From the NCBI GenBank assembly GCA_048571215.1, contig CP182352.1, forward strand, positions 1,312,001 through 1,376,000: DNA of 64,000 nt, in the 5' to 3' direction. The notes under the pieces were generated by a model that saw nothing but the letters and a program-made list of their open reading frames with translations, searched no databases and was not told the DNA's origin. This DNA is from Halarcobacter sp. (GTDB taxonomy: Bacteria > Campylobacterota > Campylobacteria > Campylobacterales > Arcobacteraceae). A program made the translations under genes and the position numbers. Positions 49,897-59,936 of this stretch are shown here, in pieces (the first letter of the stretch is position 1; each line of letters starts with the position of its first letter).

Positions 49897-50307
49897 ATGA
49901 AAGTAGTAACGGGCGTTGTGGGTAATGATATCCATGTAGTAGCAAACAGACTTATAGAACTTTCACTTCAAGCTAGAGGATTTGAGGTATTTAACTTAGG
50001 AGTTAATACATATCTTGAAGAGTTTATTGATGCAGTGATTGAAACAAATGCAGATATTTTATTAATCTCATCATTAAATGGCGAAGCTGAAGGATGGTGT
50101 CGTGAGGTAAAGATACTAAAAAGTAAATATGGTAATTTACTTGATGATGTGGTCTTTATGATTGGTGGAAACTTGGTGGTAGGAACAGGTAATGCTGAAG
50201 AGATTGTTCCAAAATTTAAGAACTATGGATTTGATTTAGTTTTTCATCAAGTTGATTTAAATACAGGTCTTGATGAATTGGAAAAATTTATGGAAGGTAG
50301 ACAATAA
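49897..50307 (+). CDS. Glutamate (methylaspartate) mutase S-like cobalamin-binding subunit
   Basis: GVVGNDIHVVA (DxHxxG variant), NLGV, SSLNGE, IGGNL. Confidence 0.9.
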   Translation: MKVVTGVVGNDIHVVANRLIELSLQARGFEVFNLGVNTYLEEFIDAVIETNADILLISSLNGEAEGWCREVKILKSKYGNLLDDVVFMIGGNLVVGTGNAEEIVPKFKNYGFDLVFHQVDLNTGLDELEKFMEGRQ

Positions 50308-51672
50308 ATGAGCTTACTGCAAGAAGAACGAAATATTATTTTAAGTAATGAGTATATAGAAAATTTTGATTTTGCAGAAGTTGAAGAGTTTGTTAAAAAT
50401 GCTTCAAAAGATCTATTTATCTCTCATAATTTCAAAAATTCTAATAAAATGTTGGTTCAACCAAGGGGTGGATTTCCTACATATAATAAGATGTTCGCAC
50501 TTTATGAATTTTTTGATAAAGCAAATGTAGATGTATTGCCTTGTACTATTGACTCAAATACAAGATTAAATGACTATGCAACTGCTAAAAAAATGTTAAG
50601 ACTTAGTGAAGAGAATGAAGTTGATATGTTAAATGGTTATCCTTTGGTAAACCATGGATATAGAACAACTAGAAAAATGATGACACATTTTAATAAACCT
50701 ATTTCACTAAGACATGGAACACCTGATGCAAGACTTTTAATAGAAACTGCAATAGCTTCTGGTATCTTTGAGATAGAAGGTGGACCAATAACATATTTAC
50801 TACCCTATTCTAAAAATTTTCCATTAGATAAAGCCTTTTTATATTGGAAGTATGTTGAGAGAGTTTGCGCAAATTATTCAAAACTAAATGAACCTATTAA
50901 TAGAGAATCATTTGGTCCTTTAACTGCAACACTAGTTCCACCATGTATCACAATTGTGATTCAACTTTTAGAGATGTTATTATCACTTGAGGAGGGAGTT
51001 AAATCTTTTTCTGTTTCTTTTTCTCAAAGTGGTTCAGTAAATCAAGATATAGTTATGGGTGCTGTTATTAAAAAACTTGCAAAATTTTATGCAAATGAGA
51101 TTAACTGTGGGGATGCAGCTATTCATTTAGTGTATCATCAATGGATGGGAGCTTTCCCAGAAGACCAAAATTTTGCAACTCAATTAATTAGTATGAGTAC
51201 AGTTATAGCTTCGATGGTTGGTGCTGATAAGATTATCACTAAAACTAAAGAAGAAGCTTCAGGAATTCCAACAAAAGAAGCAAATGCAGAAACAGTTGCA
51301 AACACTCAATATCTTCTTAGAATCCTAAATGGTTTACCAAATATTGTAGATAAAGAGGAAGAGGAGATTTTAACTGCTGAGGTTATGGCTATTATGGAAG
51401 CTGTATTTAATGATAGTGCAGACACTTTATGGAGAAAAGTATTTAATTCTATTAAAAATGGAATTATAGATGTTCCATTCTCTCCACATATTATAAATCA
51501 TAACAATATGATTACAATCAGAGATAAAAATAAAAATATTAGAATTATAGATAGAGGAAAAGTTCCAATCCCTGATAGATGTTTTGAATATGAAAAAGCA
51601 CAATGTGATTTAAAAAAAGATACAACCTCTATAGTAAATGATATTATCCATGATATAGGAATTATGCAATGA
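50308..51672 (+). CDS. Glutamate (methylaspartate) mutase E-like subunit
   Basis: QPRGG, TIDSNTRLN, LNGYPLVNHG, RHGTPDARLL, EGGPI.Y.LPY.K, NRESFGPLT.TL, QWMGAFP. Confidence 0.92.
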   Translation: MSLLQEERNIILSNEYIENFDFAEVEEFVKNASKDLFISHNFKNSNKMLVQPRGGFPTYNKMFALYEFFDKANVDVLPCTIDSNTRLNDYATAKKMLRLSEENEVDMLNGYPLVNHGYRTTRKMMTHFNKPISLRHGTPDARLLIETAIASGIFEIEGGPITYLLPYSKNFPLDKAFLYWKYVERVCANYSKLNEPINRESFGPLTATLVPPCITIVIQLLEMLLSLEEGVKSFSVSFSQSGSVNQDIVMGAVIKKLAKFYANEINCGDAAIHLVYHQWMGAFPEDQNFATQLISMSTVIASMVGADKIITKTKEEASGIPTKEANAETVANTQYLLRILNGLPNIVDKEEEEILTAEVMAIMEAVFNDSADTLWRKVFNSIKNGIIDVPFSPHIINHNNMITIRDKNKNIRIIDRGKVPIPDRCFEYEKAQCDLKKDTTSIVNDIIHDIGIMQ

Positions 51673-52859
51673 GTAAAATAGATGATAAACTACTAATTGA
51701 TGTGGGAAGTACTTACTTTAAAGTAAGCACTGCTCAGGGTGTACAACAACACTTTAGGGATTTTAATAAAAATATTTTTGATGATTTAACATATAAATGT
51801 GGAGATATTATCCATAATTATCATAAAGATGATGTTTTTATTTGCTCATCAGCAAATGGTGGCTTAAGTACACTTATAATAGGTATTACTAACTCTTTTT
51901 CCCTAAAATATGCTACAAATATTGCTTTTAATTCAGGTATAAATATTATTGATTCTGTTTTATATAAAGATATAGAAAAAACTTCAATTCCAAGTGATTT
52001 AATAGATGTTGTAATTATAGTTGGGGGAATAGATTCAGTGTCAAATATATTTGATAAAAAACTATTTTCTTATTTAGAAAAAGTAAAATACTCAAATATA
52101 GTTTATGTGGGTAGCTCACAAGATGTAGAGTACTTAAAATCAAACATAGAAAATCTTGTAGTTTTACCAAATATTATAACAAATAGACTTCATGTTGAAG
52201 AGGAAAACCTAAAAGAGTATTTAACAAATCTATATCAAGCTGATATAGAAGGAAAAGAGGATATTAAACATCTATATGACATCACCTCTAATCAAATCTT
52301 TTCAACCCCATATATTGTAAATAAAACTTTACCACTTATAGATAGTAATTTTTCAGTTGCAAATCCATATATCCTTATAGATATTGGTGGGGCTACAACT
52401 GATATACATTATTCAAAAGATTTAGTTGACGAAAATATGGTTACAACAAATGAATATGATAGATTAGTGTTCAAAAAACTTGGAGTTTATAAATCAAAAG
52501 AATCTTTAATATTTGCTGCAAAAAACAATGAGTTTGTTTATGAATTATTAGCACATTTAAATGTAACAGAAAATATTTTTGAAGAGAATAGTGAAAAAGC
52601 TTTAAAAGTATTAATGCAATTAGCTATTTTTCTTGTACTTTGTAAGGTATCAGCTTATAGAAAAGCCTATGTAAACTTAAAGTTAAATATTCTTAACTCT
52701 ATAGTGTTTACAGGTGGTATAACAAAGGTTTTAAAGCAAGAGGATATAGAAGATATTGTATCATTTTTCTATAAAAAGATTTTAAATTCAGCCCATAAGC
52801 CAACAATTGTAATGGATTCAAATTATGATATTTGGACTTTAGGTATAAAACAAAAATAA
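51669..52859 (+). CDS. Glutamate mutase L (GlmL/MutL) reactivase-like protein
   Basis: IDVGSTYFK, CSSANGGL, DIGGATTDIH, FTGG (ASKHA fold). Confidence 0.88.
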   Translation: MSKIDDKLLIDVGSTYFKVSTAQGVQQHFRDFNKNIFDDLTYKCGDIIHNYHKDDVFICSSANGGLSTLIIGITNSFSLKYATNIAFNSGINIIDSVLYKDIEKTSIPSDLIDVVIIVGGIDSVSNIFDKKLFSYLEKVKYSNIVYVGSSQDVEYLKSNIENLVVLPNIITNRLHVEEENLKEYLTNLYQADIEGKEDIKHLYDITSNQIFSTPYIVNKTLPLIDSNFSVANPYILIDIGGATTDIHYSKDLVDENMVTTNEYDRLVFKKLGVYKSKESLIFAAKNNEFVYELLAHLNVTENIFEENSEKALKVLMQLAIFLVLCKVSAYRKAYVNLKLNILNSIVFTGGITKVLKQEDIEDIVSFFYKKILNSAHKPTIVMDSNYDIWTLGIKQK

Positions 52860-52870
52860 AAGGAGTTGGT

Positions 52871-54448
52871 ATGTCTATAAACTGTATTAGAACTTTAATT
52901 GAAGATGCAAATATTTCACATCCTGATAAAATAGCAATTAAAAATAATGAAAAAAACATCACATATAAAGAGTTATTAACAAAAGTTAATCAAGTTGCCT
53001 TTTATTTAAAAGAGTTGGATTTACCAAAAGGGAGTAGAATTGGTATCTATTCAAATAAAGGGATAGATCAAGTGATAGCTATTTTAGCTATTCTTTCAAC
53101 AGACTATGTGTTGGTTCCCCTAACAAAACTTCTAAAAAGTGAACAAGTTGAATATATAATCAAAGATTGTGATATAAGATGTATTATAACTGATAAATTA
53201 AAACTTGAATCAATAGAAGAGATTGAGTTTGATGGTCATATAATCTCATATGAGACGGCACATAAAGATGTTGCTTCATTTGAAGAGATATTTAAATACT
53301 ATAATAAACCATACGATTGCAATATAAATGGACATGATAATGCAGTTATAACCTACTCTTTTGGACTTACAGGAACTCCAAAAGGTATAGTTATCTCTCA
53401 TAGAAATCTAATAGATAGTGCAAGGGTTGTTTCTCAATACTTAAACTTACAAGAAGATGATGTATTATCTGGTATTTTGATTTTCAATCTTGATTATGGT
53501 TTAAACCAAATCTTTTGTTCACTATATAAAAGAGCTACACTAGCTTTACATAGATTTATCTTACCTGGAGATTTTTTTAATCATCTAATCAATGACAAGG
53601 TAACTGTAGTAGCTTTAATGCCTGTAACTATAACTGCTATGTTTGATGAAGATAAACATAAACTTCCTACACCTGAGCTTTTATCTCATGTAAAAACTAT
53701 CACCTCTTCAGGTGGTAATGTAACAGCAAAAATGGTAAAAGATATTCAATCTATCTTCCCACATGTAAATTTTTTCTCAATGCATGGACTAACAGAAGCA
53801 TTTAGATCAACTTATCTTGAGCCTTCACAAATAAATATAAGACCAGAATCTATTGGTAAAGCTATTCCTGATGTTGAACTTTATGTAATCAACGAAGAGG
53901 GAATGGAATGTAAACCAAGAGAAGTTGGAGAATTGATACACAGAGGAAGTTATATCTATAAAGGTTTTTGGAATGCACCTGTTGAAACAGCCCAACGATT
54001 TAAATCTATACAAATACTTAAAAATGTTGTTAATCTTGATGGACAACTTAGAGATGAAGTTGTAGTTGCAACAGGAGATTATGTTTATAAAGATGAAGAG
54101 GGTTATTTTTATTTTGTATCTAGACGTGATGATATGATAAAAACAAGAGGATTTAGAGTAAGTCCTTTTGAAATAGAATCAGTTGTTGAAAAGAATTTTC
54201 CTGCAATTGAACAGTGTGCAATATTTTCAATTCCAAATGAAGATATTGAAGAGGAAATAATTATGATTTATAGTAGTAAAAATGAATTATCTTCAAAAGA
54301 GATAACATTTGAACTAAAAAAACATCTAGCTTCATATATGATTCCAAGTAAAATAATTTATAAAAAATCTCTTCCTTTAGTTCCAAGTGATAAAAATAAA
54401 ATCAATAAAGAAGAACTAAAATCTGAACTTCTTGACACAACTAAATAA
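52871..54448 (+). CDS. AMP-binding (ANL superfamily) ligase
   Basis: TYSFGLTGTPKG, DYGLNQ, HGLTEAFRS, TGD, RRDDMIKTRGFRVSPFEIE, NKINK; AGGAG RBS. Confidence 0.9.
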   Translation: MSINCIRTLIEDANISHPDKIAIKNNEKNITYKELLTKVNQVAFYLKELDLPKGSRIGIYSNKGIDQVIAILAILSTDYVLVPLTKLLKSEQVEYIIKDCDIRCIITDKLKLESIEEIEFDGHIISYETAHKDVASFEEIFKYYNKPYDCNINGHDNAVITYSFGLTGTPKGIVISHRNLIDSARVVSQYLNLQEDDVLSGILIFNLDYGLNQIFCSLYKRATLALHRFILPGDFFNHLINDKVTVVALMPVTITAMFDEDKHKLPTPELLSHVKTITSSGGNVTAKMVKDIQSIFPHVNFFSMHGLTEAFRSTYLEPSQINIRPESIGKAIPDVELYVINEEGMECKPREVGELIHRGSYIYKGFWNAPVETAQRFKSIQILKNVVNLDGQLRDEVVVATGDYVYKDEEGYFYFVSRRDDMIKTRGFRVSPFEIESVVEKNFPAIEQCAIFSIPNEDIEEEIIMIYSSKNELSSKEITFELKKHLASYMIPSKIIYKKSLPLVPSDKNKINKEELKSELLDTTK

Positions 54449-54480
54449 TAAAATGTAGTACATTATGTACTACATTTTAT
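54448..54480. terminator. Perfect 16-bp inverted repeat after the ligase stop; probable terminator
   Basis: ATAAAATGTAGTACAT-T-ATGTACTACATTTTAT. Confidence 0.6.
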
Positions 54481-54675
54481 ACTACTTATTACAAAAAATA
54501 ATATTTTAAAATTATTTTTCTTTTTAAAATTCCTTTTTATTAATTTATAAATGCTAATTTTAGTAAGATTTCTTACTAAATTTCATTTTATTTCACTTTT
54601 TATACACATTTAAATAATAGAATCAGAAAGAATATATTAAAATAACTTGAAATTTTAAAACTAAAAGGTAAAAAT

Positions 54676-54951
54676 ATGAAAAAAGTAATACTACTAACAT
54701 CAATTCTAGCATGTGCTGCTTTCGCTAATCCATATGCAAAATGTGTAGCATGCCATGGTGCAAATGGTGAAAAAGTTGCAATGGGGAAATCTAAAATTAT
54801 AAAAGACATGACCAAAGCTGAAATTATAACTGCAATGAAAGGTTATAAAGATGGGTCTTATGGTGGAGCATTAAAAGGTTTAATGAAAGGTCAAGTATCA
54901 GGTTTAAGTGATGCAGATATCGAGGCTATTGCTAATAAAATTGGAAAATAA
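54676..54951 (+). CDS. Cytochrome c553-like monoheme cytochrome
   Basis: Signal peptide, CVACHG, GLMKGQV axial Met. Confidence 0.95.
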   Translation: MKKVILLTSILACAAFANPYAKCVACHGANGEKVAMGKSKIIKDMTKAEIITAMKGYKDGSYGGALKGLMKGQVSGLSDADIEAIANKIGK

Positions 54952-54953
54952 AC

Positions 54954-54979
54954 TTAAAAGAGGTTTTATCCTCTTTTAA
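54954..54979. terminator. Bidirectional intrinsic terminator
   Basis: TTAAAAGAGG-TTTTAT-CCTCTTTTAA between convergent genes. Confidence 0.75.
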
Positions 54980-54981
54980 AG

Positions 54982-55836
54982 TTACACATAAACTATCTTA
55001 TCTCTTCCACTATTTTTTGCTTTATAAACACCTATATCTGCTCTTTTGATTAAATCATCTTTTGTTTTACAGTCTTTATAAAATGAGACTCCCATACTAA
55101 CAGTAATTGATATATCTTTTTTTGGATGATATATTCTTTGTGATTTTATATCGACTCTTAAACTATCTAGTTTTGATTCTAATTGCTCCCTTGGGATAAA
55201 ACATAAAATAACAAACTCTTCACCACCAAACCTATAAACCTCGCCATTTAAAACTTTTGCATATTTATCTAGTTTTTTTCCAAGATATATCAAAACCCTA
55301 TCACCAGTATCATGTCCAAAATTATCATTTATACCTTTGAACCTATCTGCATCAATAAAAACTGCACATAGATATGAAGAGTTTTTTTGATTTATAAACA
55401 TAGAAAGGTCATTTTCCATTTTTCTTCTATTGTAAACACCTGTTAAATGATCCCTATTCATACTCTCTTCTAATTGAGCTTTTTCCCTTAGTAGTTCTTC
55501 AATAAGATTATCTTTATACTTATCATCTATATCACTATTTTTTTGTTCAATAATTTTTCCTAAATGAAACTCAAAAATATTTCTTTTAAAAGAGTATTCT
55601 ATATTTTTACATTCAATTGTTAATTGAGGTTTTTCCTCCCCTAAGCCATTAGTAATAACAAGTTTATCAAGCTGTTTGATGCCATATTTTAATTTGTCAT
55701 TCTCTAATCTTGGTTCTAGAAGCTCTTTTTGCCAATATTTAGTAGTCTCTTTTTCTAATATATGGGTCTTTTTTAGTAGGATATCTTGAAATAATTCTTT
55801 TGATACAGAAATTTTATACATATGAAATATTATCAC
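54982..55836 (-). CDS. Diguanylate cyclase with an N-terminal ASCH/PUA-like domain
   Basis: DHLTGVYNRR, DADRFK.IND.FGH..GD, RFGGEEF, AK.SGRD; the N-terminal call is inference. Confidence 0.88.
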   Translation of the reverse strand: MIIFHMYKISVSKELFQDILLKKTHILEKETTKYWQKELLEPRLENDKLKYGIKQLDKLVITNGLGEEKPQLTIECKNIEYSFKRNIFEFHLGKIIEQKNSDIDDKYKDNLIEELLREKAQLEESMNRDHLTGVYNRRKMENDLSMFINQKNSSYLCAVFIDADRFKGINDNFGHDTGDRVLIYLGKKLDKYAKVLNGEVYRFGGEEFVILCFIPREQLESKLDSLRVDIKSQRIYHPKKDISITVSMGVSFYKDCKTKDDLIKRADIGVYKAKNSGRDKIVYV

Positions 55837-55956
55837 TTATAAACTTAAGTTAAAAATACCTTTTTATAATATAAGATAAACTTATGATATTACTTATCTA
55901 CTTTTAATATAATTTTATATAATATTCATAAATTTTTTAAACTATAAGGAGTGTTT

Positions 55957-57120
55957 ATGATATTAAGGGAAAAATTTAATCCTATGTGTTTTTTAGCACC
56001 ATTAGGAGCTGGGGGCTTATCTGTATCATTTTTTATGTATTTGATGTTTTTAGTTCCCCATAAGGGTACACCAATGGCAACATATGACTATATATTTCCT
56101 CAGCTTATAAAAGGCAATTGGTTATCTATTGTAATTGTTATATCATTAGTTTTTATTTTGCTTTTTGCTTTTTTTCATTTTAAATTACTATTTTGGCATA
56201 CAAAACAGTTTTTAATGTATAAAAAAACAGAAAATTATAATAATTTGATTAATTCAAACTCTGAGATTACACTAATGACTATACCACTTACATACACTAT
56301 GAGTATAAATGTTTGTTTTGTTTTAGGGGCTGTTTTTGTACCAAATCTATGGAGCATAGTTGAATATATGTTCCCTTTTGCCTTATTAGGTTTTCTTACT
56401 ACTGGATATTTTTCTATTAAAATACTATTTACATATTTTTCAAGACTATTGATAAATGGTAATTTTGATTTCACCAAAAACAATAATCTATCTCAAATGA
56501 TCTCTATTTTTACATTGGCAATGGTTTCTGTTGGTTTTGCAGCACCTGGAGCGATGAGTCACCATTTGACTATAAATGCAATAGGTATATTTGGAGCATT
56601 ATTTTTTGGTTCATTTGCTATTTTACTTCTTGTTATCAAACTTACCATGGGATTTAAAAATATGTTTGAACAAGGTATATCAGTGGAAGCCTCACCTTCT
56701 CTTTGGATTATAATACCTATTTTGACTCTGCTTGGTATAATGATGATTAGAGTTTCATTTGGACTTGAACATAATTTTAACTCAAATATGAATAAATCCT
56801 CTTTATTTACACTAAGTTCTGTAATTTTATCAATTCAGATTTTATTTGGAATTTTGGGATATAAGATTATGAAGATGAATAACTATTTTAAAATATATAT
56901 AGAGGATGAAAAAACTAGGTCATCAGTATCATTTGCTTTAATTTGCCCAGGAGTTGCTATGATGGTGTTTGGTATGTTCTTTATAAACTTTGGATTAACT
57001 TACAATGATGTTGTTACTAAGTACTCTTTAGCATATTTTATCCTTATGGCTCCATTTATCTTTATACAATATAAAACCATTATTTACTTTTTTAAACTAA
57101 AATCTAAATTCAATTTTTAA
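55957..57120 (+). CDS. TsoY-family multi-pass membrane protein (Cys form)
   Basis: FLAPLGAGGLSVSFFMYLMF.VPH, PSLWIIIPILT, ALICPGVA; family assignment from memory. Confidence 0.65.
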   Translation: MILREKFNPMCFLAPLGAGGLSVSFFMYLMFLVPHKGTPMATYDYIFPQLIKGNWLSIVIVISLVFILLFAFFHFKLLFWHTKQFLMYKKTENYNNLINSNSEITLMTIPLTYTMSINVCFVLGAVFVPNLWSIVEYMFPFALLGFLTTGYFSIKILFTYFSRLLINGNFDFTKNNNLSQMISIFTLAMVSVGFAAPGAMSHHLTINAIGIFGALFFGSFAILLLVIKLTMGFKNMFEQGISVEASPSLWIIIPILTLLGIMMIRVSFGLEHNFNSNMNKSSLFTLSSVILSIQILFGILGYKIMKMNNYFKIYIEDEKTRSSVSFALICPGVAMMVFGMFFINFGLTYNDVVTKYSLAYFILMAPFIFIQYKTIIYFFKLKSKFNF

Positions 57121-57121
57121 T

Positions 57122-58441
57122 ATGTTACAATCCCTAAAACTTTTAGGGGTTGTGATTTTGTATAAATTTAAACATTTTATTTATCTAATTTTATTTATAC
57201 TGCTATTTACAGGGTGTAGCTACAAAAATATCAAAATAGCTGATTTAGATAAATATCCACAAAATCCAGAGCTTTATACAAAAAATATTACACAAACCTT
57301 GGATGATCAAAGTCAACTTACTAAAGAGTATTTAGATAAGTATTTTTGGCCTTGGAGTTTAAAAAAAGCTAATATCACTAAAAAAGATGCCCAATGGGGT
57401 AATATCTATAAAAATAAAAAAGTTTACTTAGAAAATAATAACCTTGCTTCTAAAGAATGGTTTGAAAAGGTGATTGATAACTCAAATTTTGAAGTTTTTA
57501 ATACTGCCTCACAAAAAGCCATTATGGTAAAAAATGCAAATGTCAGGGTATTTCCAACTATAAGTAAACTCTTTTATAATCCAAGTGTCGCGGGAGAAGG
57601 ATTCCCTTTTGATTATAATCAAAACTCAAGTATAAAAATAAATACCCCTATTTTTATCTCACACTACTCAAAAGACAAAGCTTGGGCATATATACAATCT
57701 CATTTTGTAAGTGGTTGGGTAAGGGTTGATAATCTAGCTTTAGTTAGTGATGAGTTTATAAATAGCTTTAAAACACAAGAGTATGGGGTCGCTATAAAAG
57801 ATAATTTTCCTATTTTTGATAGTTCATTTATAGAGTATATTAAAATAGGCACCCTCTTTCCTAATAAAAATGGCAAATATTTAGTAGCAAAAAAGAATAT
57901 TGATGCTTATGCAACCTTTAGTCAAATAAATAATGACGCTATTAGCAAATTCCCATTGAAGTTTTCAAAAGAAAATATCTCAAAACTCTCTTCTGAGTTC
58001 CTTGGGGAACTATATGGTTGGGGTGGATTATTATCCCACAGGGATTGTTCTAGTTTTACACAAGATTTTTTTAGCCCCTTTGCTGTTTATCTAAATAGAA
58101 ACTCAAAAGCACAATCAAAAGGTTATAAATATCTTGATATCTCAAAATTATCTAGCAATGAAAAAAAAGAGTTTATTATCAAAAATGGTGTACCTTTTTT
58201 AACACTAATCTACTTGCCTGGTCATATTATGATATATATTGGGGCTAAAGATAATGAACCCTTAGCTATGCACAATATGTGGGGAGTTAGAACTTGGAAA
58301 TACCCTTTTGTTCAGGGAAGAAATGTAGTGGGTAAAACTGTAATTACTACCTTAGAACCAGGAGCAGAACTTGACATGGCAAACCCCTTTGCAAGTATCA
58401 TAAAAAAAGTTAAAGGGATTGTTATATTAAATGAAAAATGA
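57122..58441 (+). CDS. SH3 + NlpC/P60 lipoprotein peptidoglycan hydrolase
   Basis: LFTGC lipobox, PFDYNQNS, YGWGG...RDCS, GHIMIYIG; real start may be TTG 57158. Confidence 0.9.
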   Translation: MLQSLKLLGVVILYKFKHFIYLILFILLFTGCSYKNIKIADLDKYPQNPELYTKNITQTLDDQSQLTKEYLDKYFWPWSLKKANITKKDAQWGNIYKNKKVYLENNNLASKEWFEKVIDNSNFEVFNTASQKAIMVKNANVRVFPTISKLFYNPSVAGEGFPFDYNQNSSIKINTPIFISHYSKDKAWAYIQSHFVSGWVRVDNLALVSDEFINSFKTQEYGVAIKDNFPIFDSSFIEYIKIGTLFPNKNGKYLVAKKNIDAYATFSQINNDAISKFPLKFSKENISKLSSEFLGELYGWGGLLSHRDCSSFTQDFFSPFAVYLNRNSKAQSKGYKYLDISKLSSNEKKEFIIKNGVPFLTLIYLPGHIMIYIGAKDNEPLAMHNMWGVRTWKYPFVQGRNVVGKTVITTLEPGAELDMANPFASIIKKVKGIVILNEK

Positions 58442-58511
58442 TTAACAGTATAAAAACACCCTATTAATAGCTTCCAAATGGTGATAAAATAAAAGAAAAC
58501 AAGGAACTATT

Positions 58512-59936
58512 ATGAAAGTTCTATTAACAGGTTCTTCTGGTTATATTGGAAGAAGGCTAAAACAAAAGCTTATTGAAGATAAAAATATACAACTGCGACT
58601 TTTTGTTAGAAATAAAAAAACATTATCATCAAAAATAAGTGATAGTATTGAAGTTGTTGAGGGTGATACCTTTAATAAAGAGAGTTTAAAAGAGGCATTA
58701 ACAGGTATTGATACAGCATATTATTTAATCCATTCATTAAATAGCAAAGGATATAAAAACCTAGATAAAACTTCCGCTGAAAACTTTATAGAAGTTGCAA
58801 AAGCCTGTAAAGTTAAAAGAGTGATTTATTTAGGTGGTTTAGGGGTAAAAGATGATAATACAAGCGAACATCTTTTAAGTAGGATTGAAACAGGAGAGAT
58901 TCTTAGCTCAAAAGAGCAGATTCAAACTATCTGGATAAGAGCTGGTGTTATTATCGGTTCAGGAAGTACTAGTTTTGAGATAATAAGAAATTTAGTTGAG
59001 AAACTTCCTATTATGACTACTCCAAAATGGGTGTTTACAAAAGCCCAACCAATTGCAGTTAATGATGTGATTAAATACCTATATAAAAGTTTATATCTAG
59101 AAGAGAAAAACAACTTAATAGTAGATATAGGTTCACAACAATTAACATACAAAGATATGATGCTTCAAACTGCTAAAGCATTGGGATTAAAAAGGGTTTT
59201 AATACCCCTGCCATTTTTATCAATCACCCTATCCTCTTATTGGTTGAACTTATTTACTCCAGTGCCATATAATGTGGCAAAAGCATTAATAGAAGGCTTA
59301 AAATCAGAGGTTGTAATACAAAACCAAAATGCTAAAAAGTATTTTCCAGATATAAAACCAATCGATTTTATTAGTAGTGTTAAAAAAGCTGTTAAGGAGA
59401 TAAAATTAAACCAAGTAGTAAGTAGATGGAGTGATCACTCAGGAACAATTTGGGACAAAAGGCATACAGATGAGTTAGCTGATGCAATTTTTATTGATAG
59501 AAAAAGAGTAAAACTTGATGATATTTCCCATGAAAAAGTTTATAAATCCTTTATAAGTATTGGTGGGGAGAATGGGTGGTTTGATTTTGATATTTTATGG
59601 GAGATTAGAGGTTTTATAGATAAGGTATTAGGTGGTGTTGGACTAAAAAGAGGTAGAAGAGATCAATATTTTCTAAGGGTTGGAGAAAGTCTTGATTTTT
59701 GGAGAGTTGTTGATATAAAAGAGAATGAAAGGCTACTTTTATATGCACAAATGAAACTACCAGGAACAGCATGGTTGGAGTTTAAAATAGAAAATAATGA
59801 ATTGATTCAATCAGCATATTTTTATCCAAAAGGTGTTTTAGGAAGATTGTATTGGTATAGTTTAATCCCTTTGCATTATTTTGTTTTTACAAATATGATA
59901 AATAGTATTATAAAAAAAGCATCCAGTGAACACTAA
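58512..59936 (+). CDS. NAD(P)-binding SDR-like protein with DUF2867 (YbjT-like)
   Basis: TGSSGYIG, YYLIHS, HLLSR, GSTSFE, LDFWRV, MKLPGTAWLEF. Confidence 0.88.
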   Translation: MKVLLTGSSGYIGRRLKQKLIEDKNIQLRLFVRNKKTLSSKISDSIEVVEGDTFNKESLKEALTGIDTAYYLIHSLNSKGYKNLDKTSAENFIEVAKACKVKRVIYLGGLGVKDDNTSEHLLSRIETGEILSSKEQIQTIWIRAGVIIGSGSTSFEIIRNLVEKLPIMTTPKWVFTKAQPIAVNDVIKYLYKSLYLEEKNNLIVDIGSQQLTYKDMMLQTAKALGLKRVLIPLPFLSITLSSYWLNLFTPVPYNVAKALIEGLKSEVVIQNQNAKKYFPDIKPIDFISSVKKAVKEIKLNQVVSRWSDHSGTIWDKRHTDELADAIFIDRKRVKLDDISHEKVYKSFISIGGENGWFDFDILWEIRGFIDKVLGGVGLKRGRRDQYFLRVGESLDFWRVVDIKENERLLLYAQMKLPGTAWLEFKIENNELIQSAYFYPKGVLGRLYWYSLIPLHYFVFTNMINSIIKKASSEH

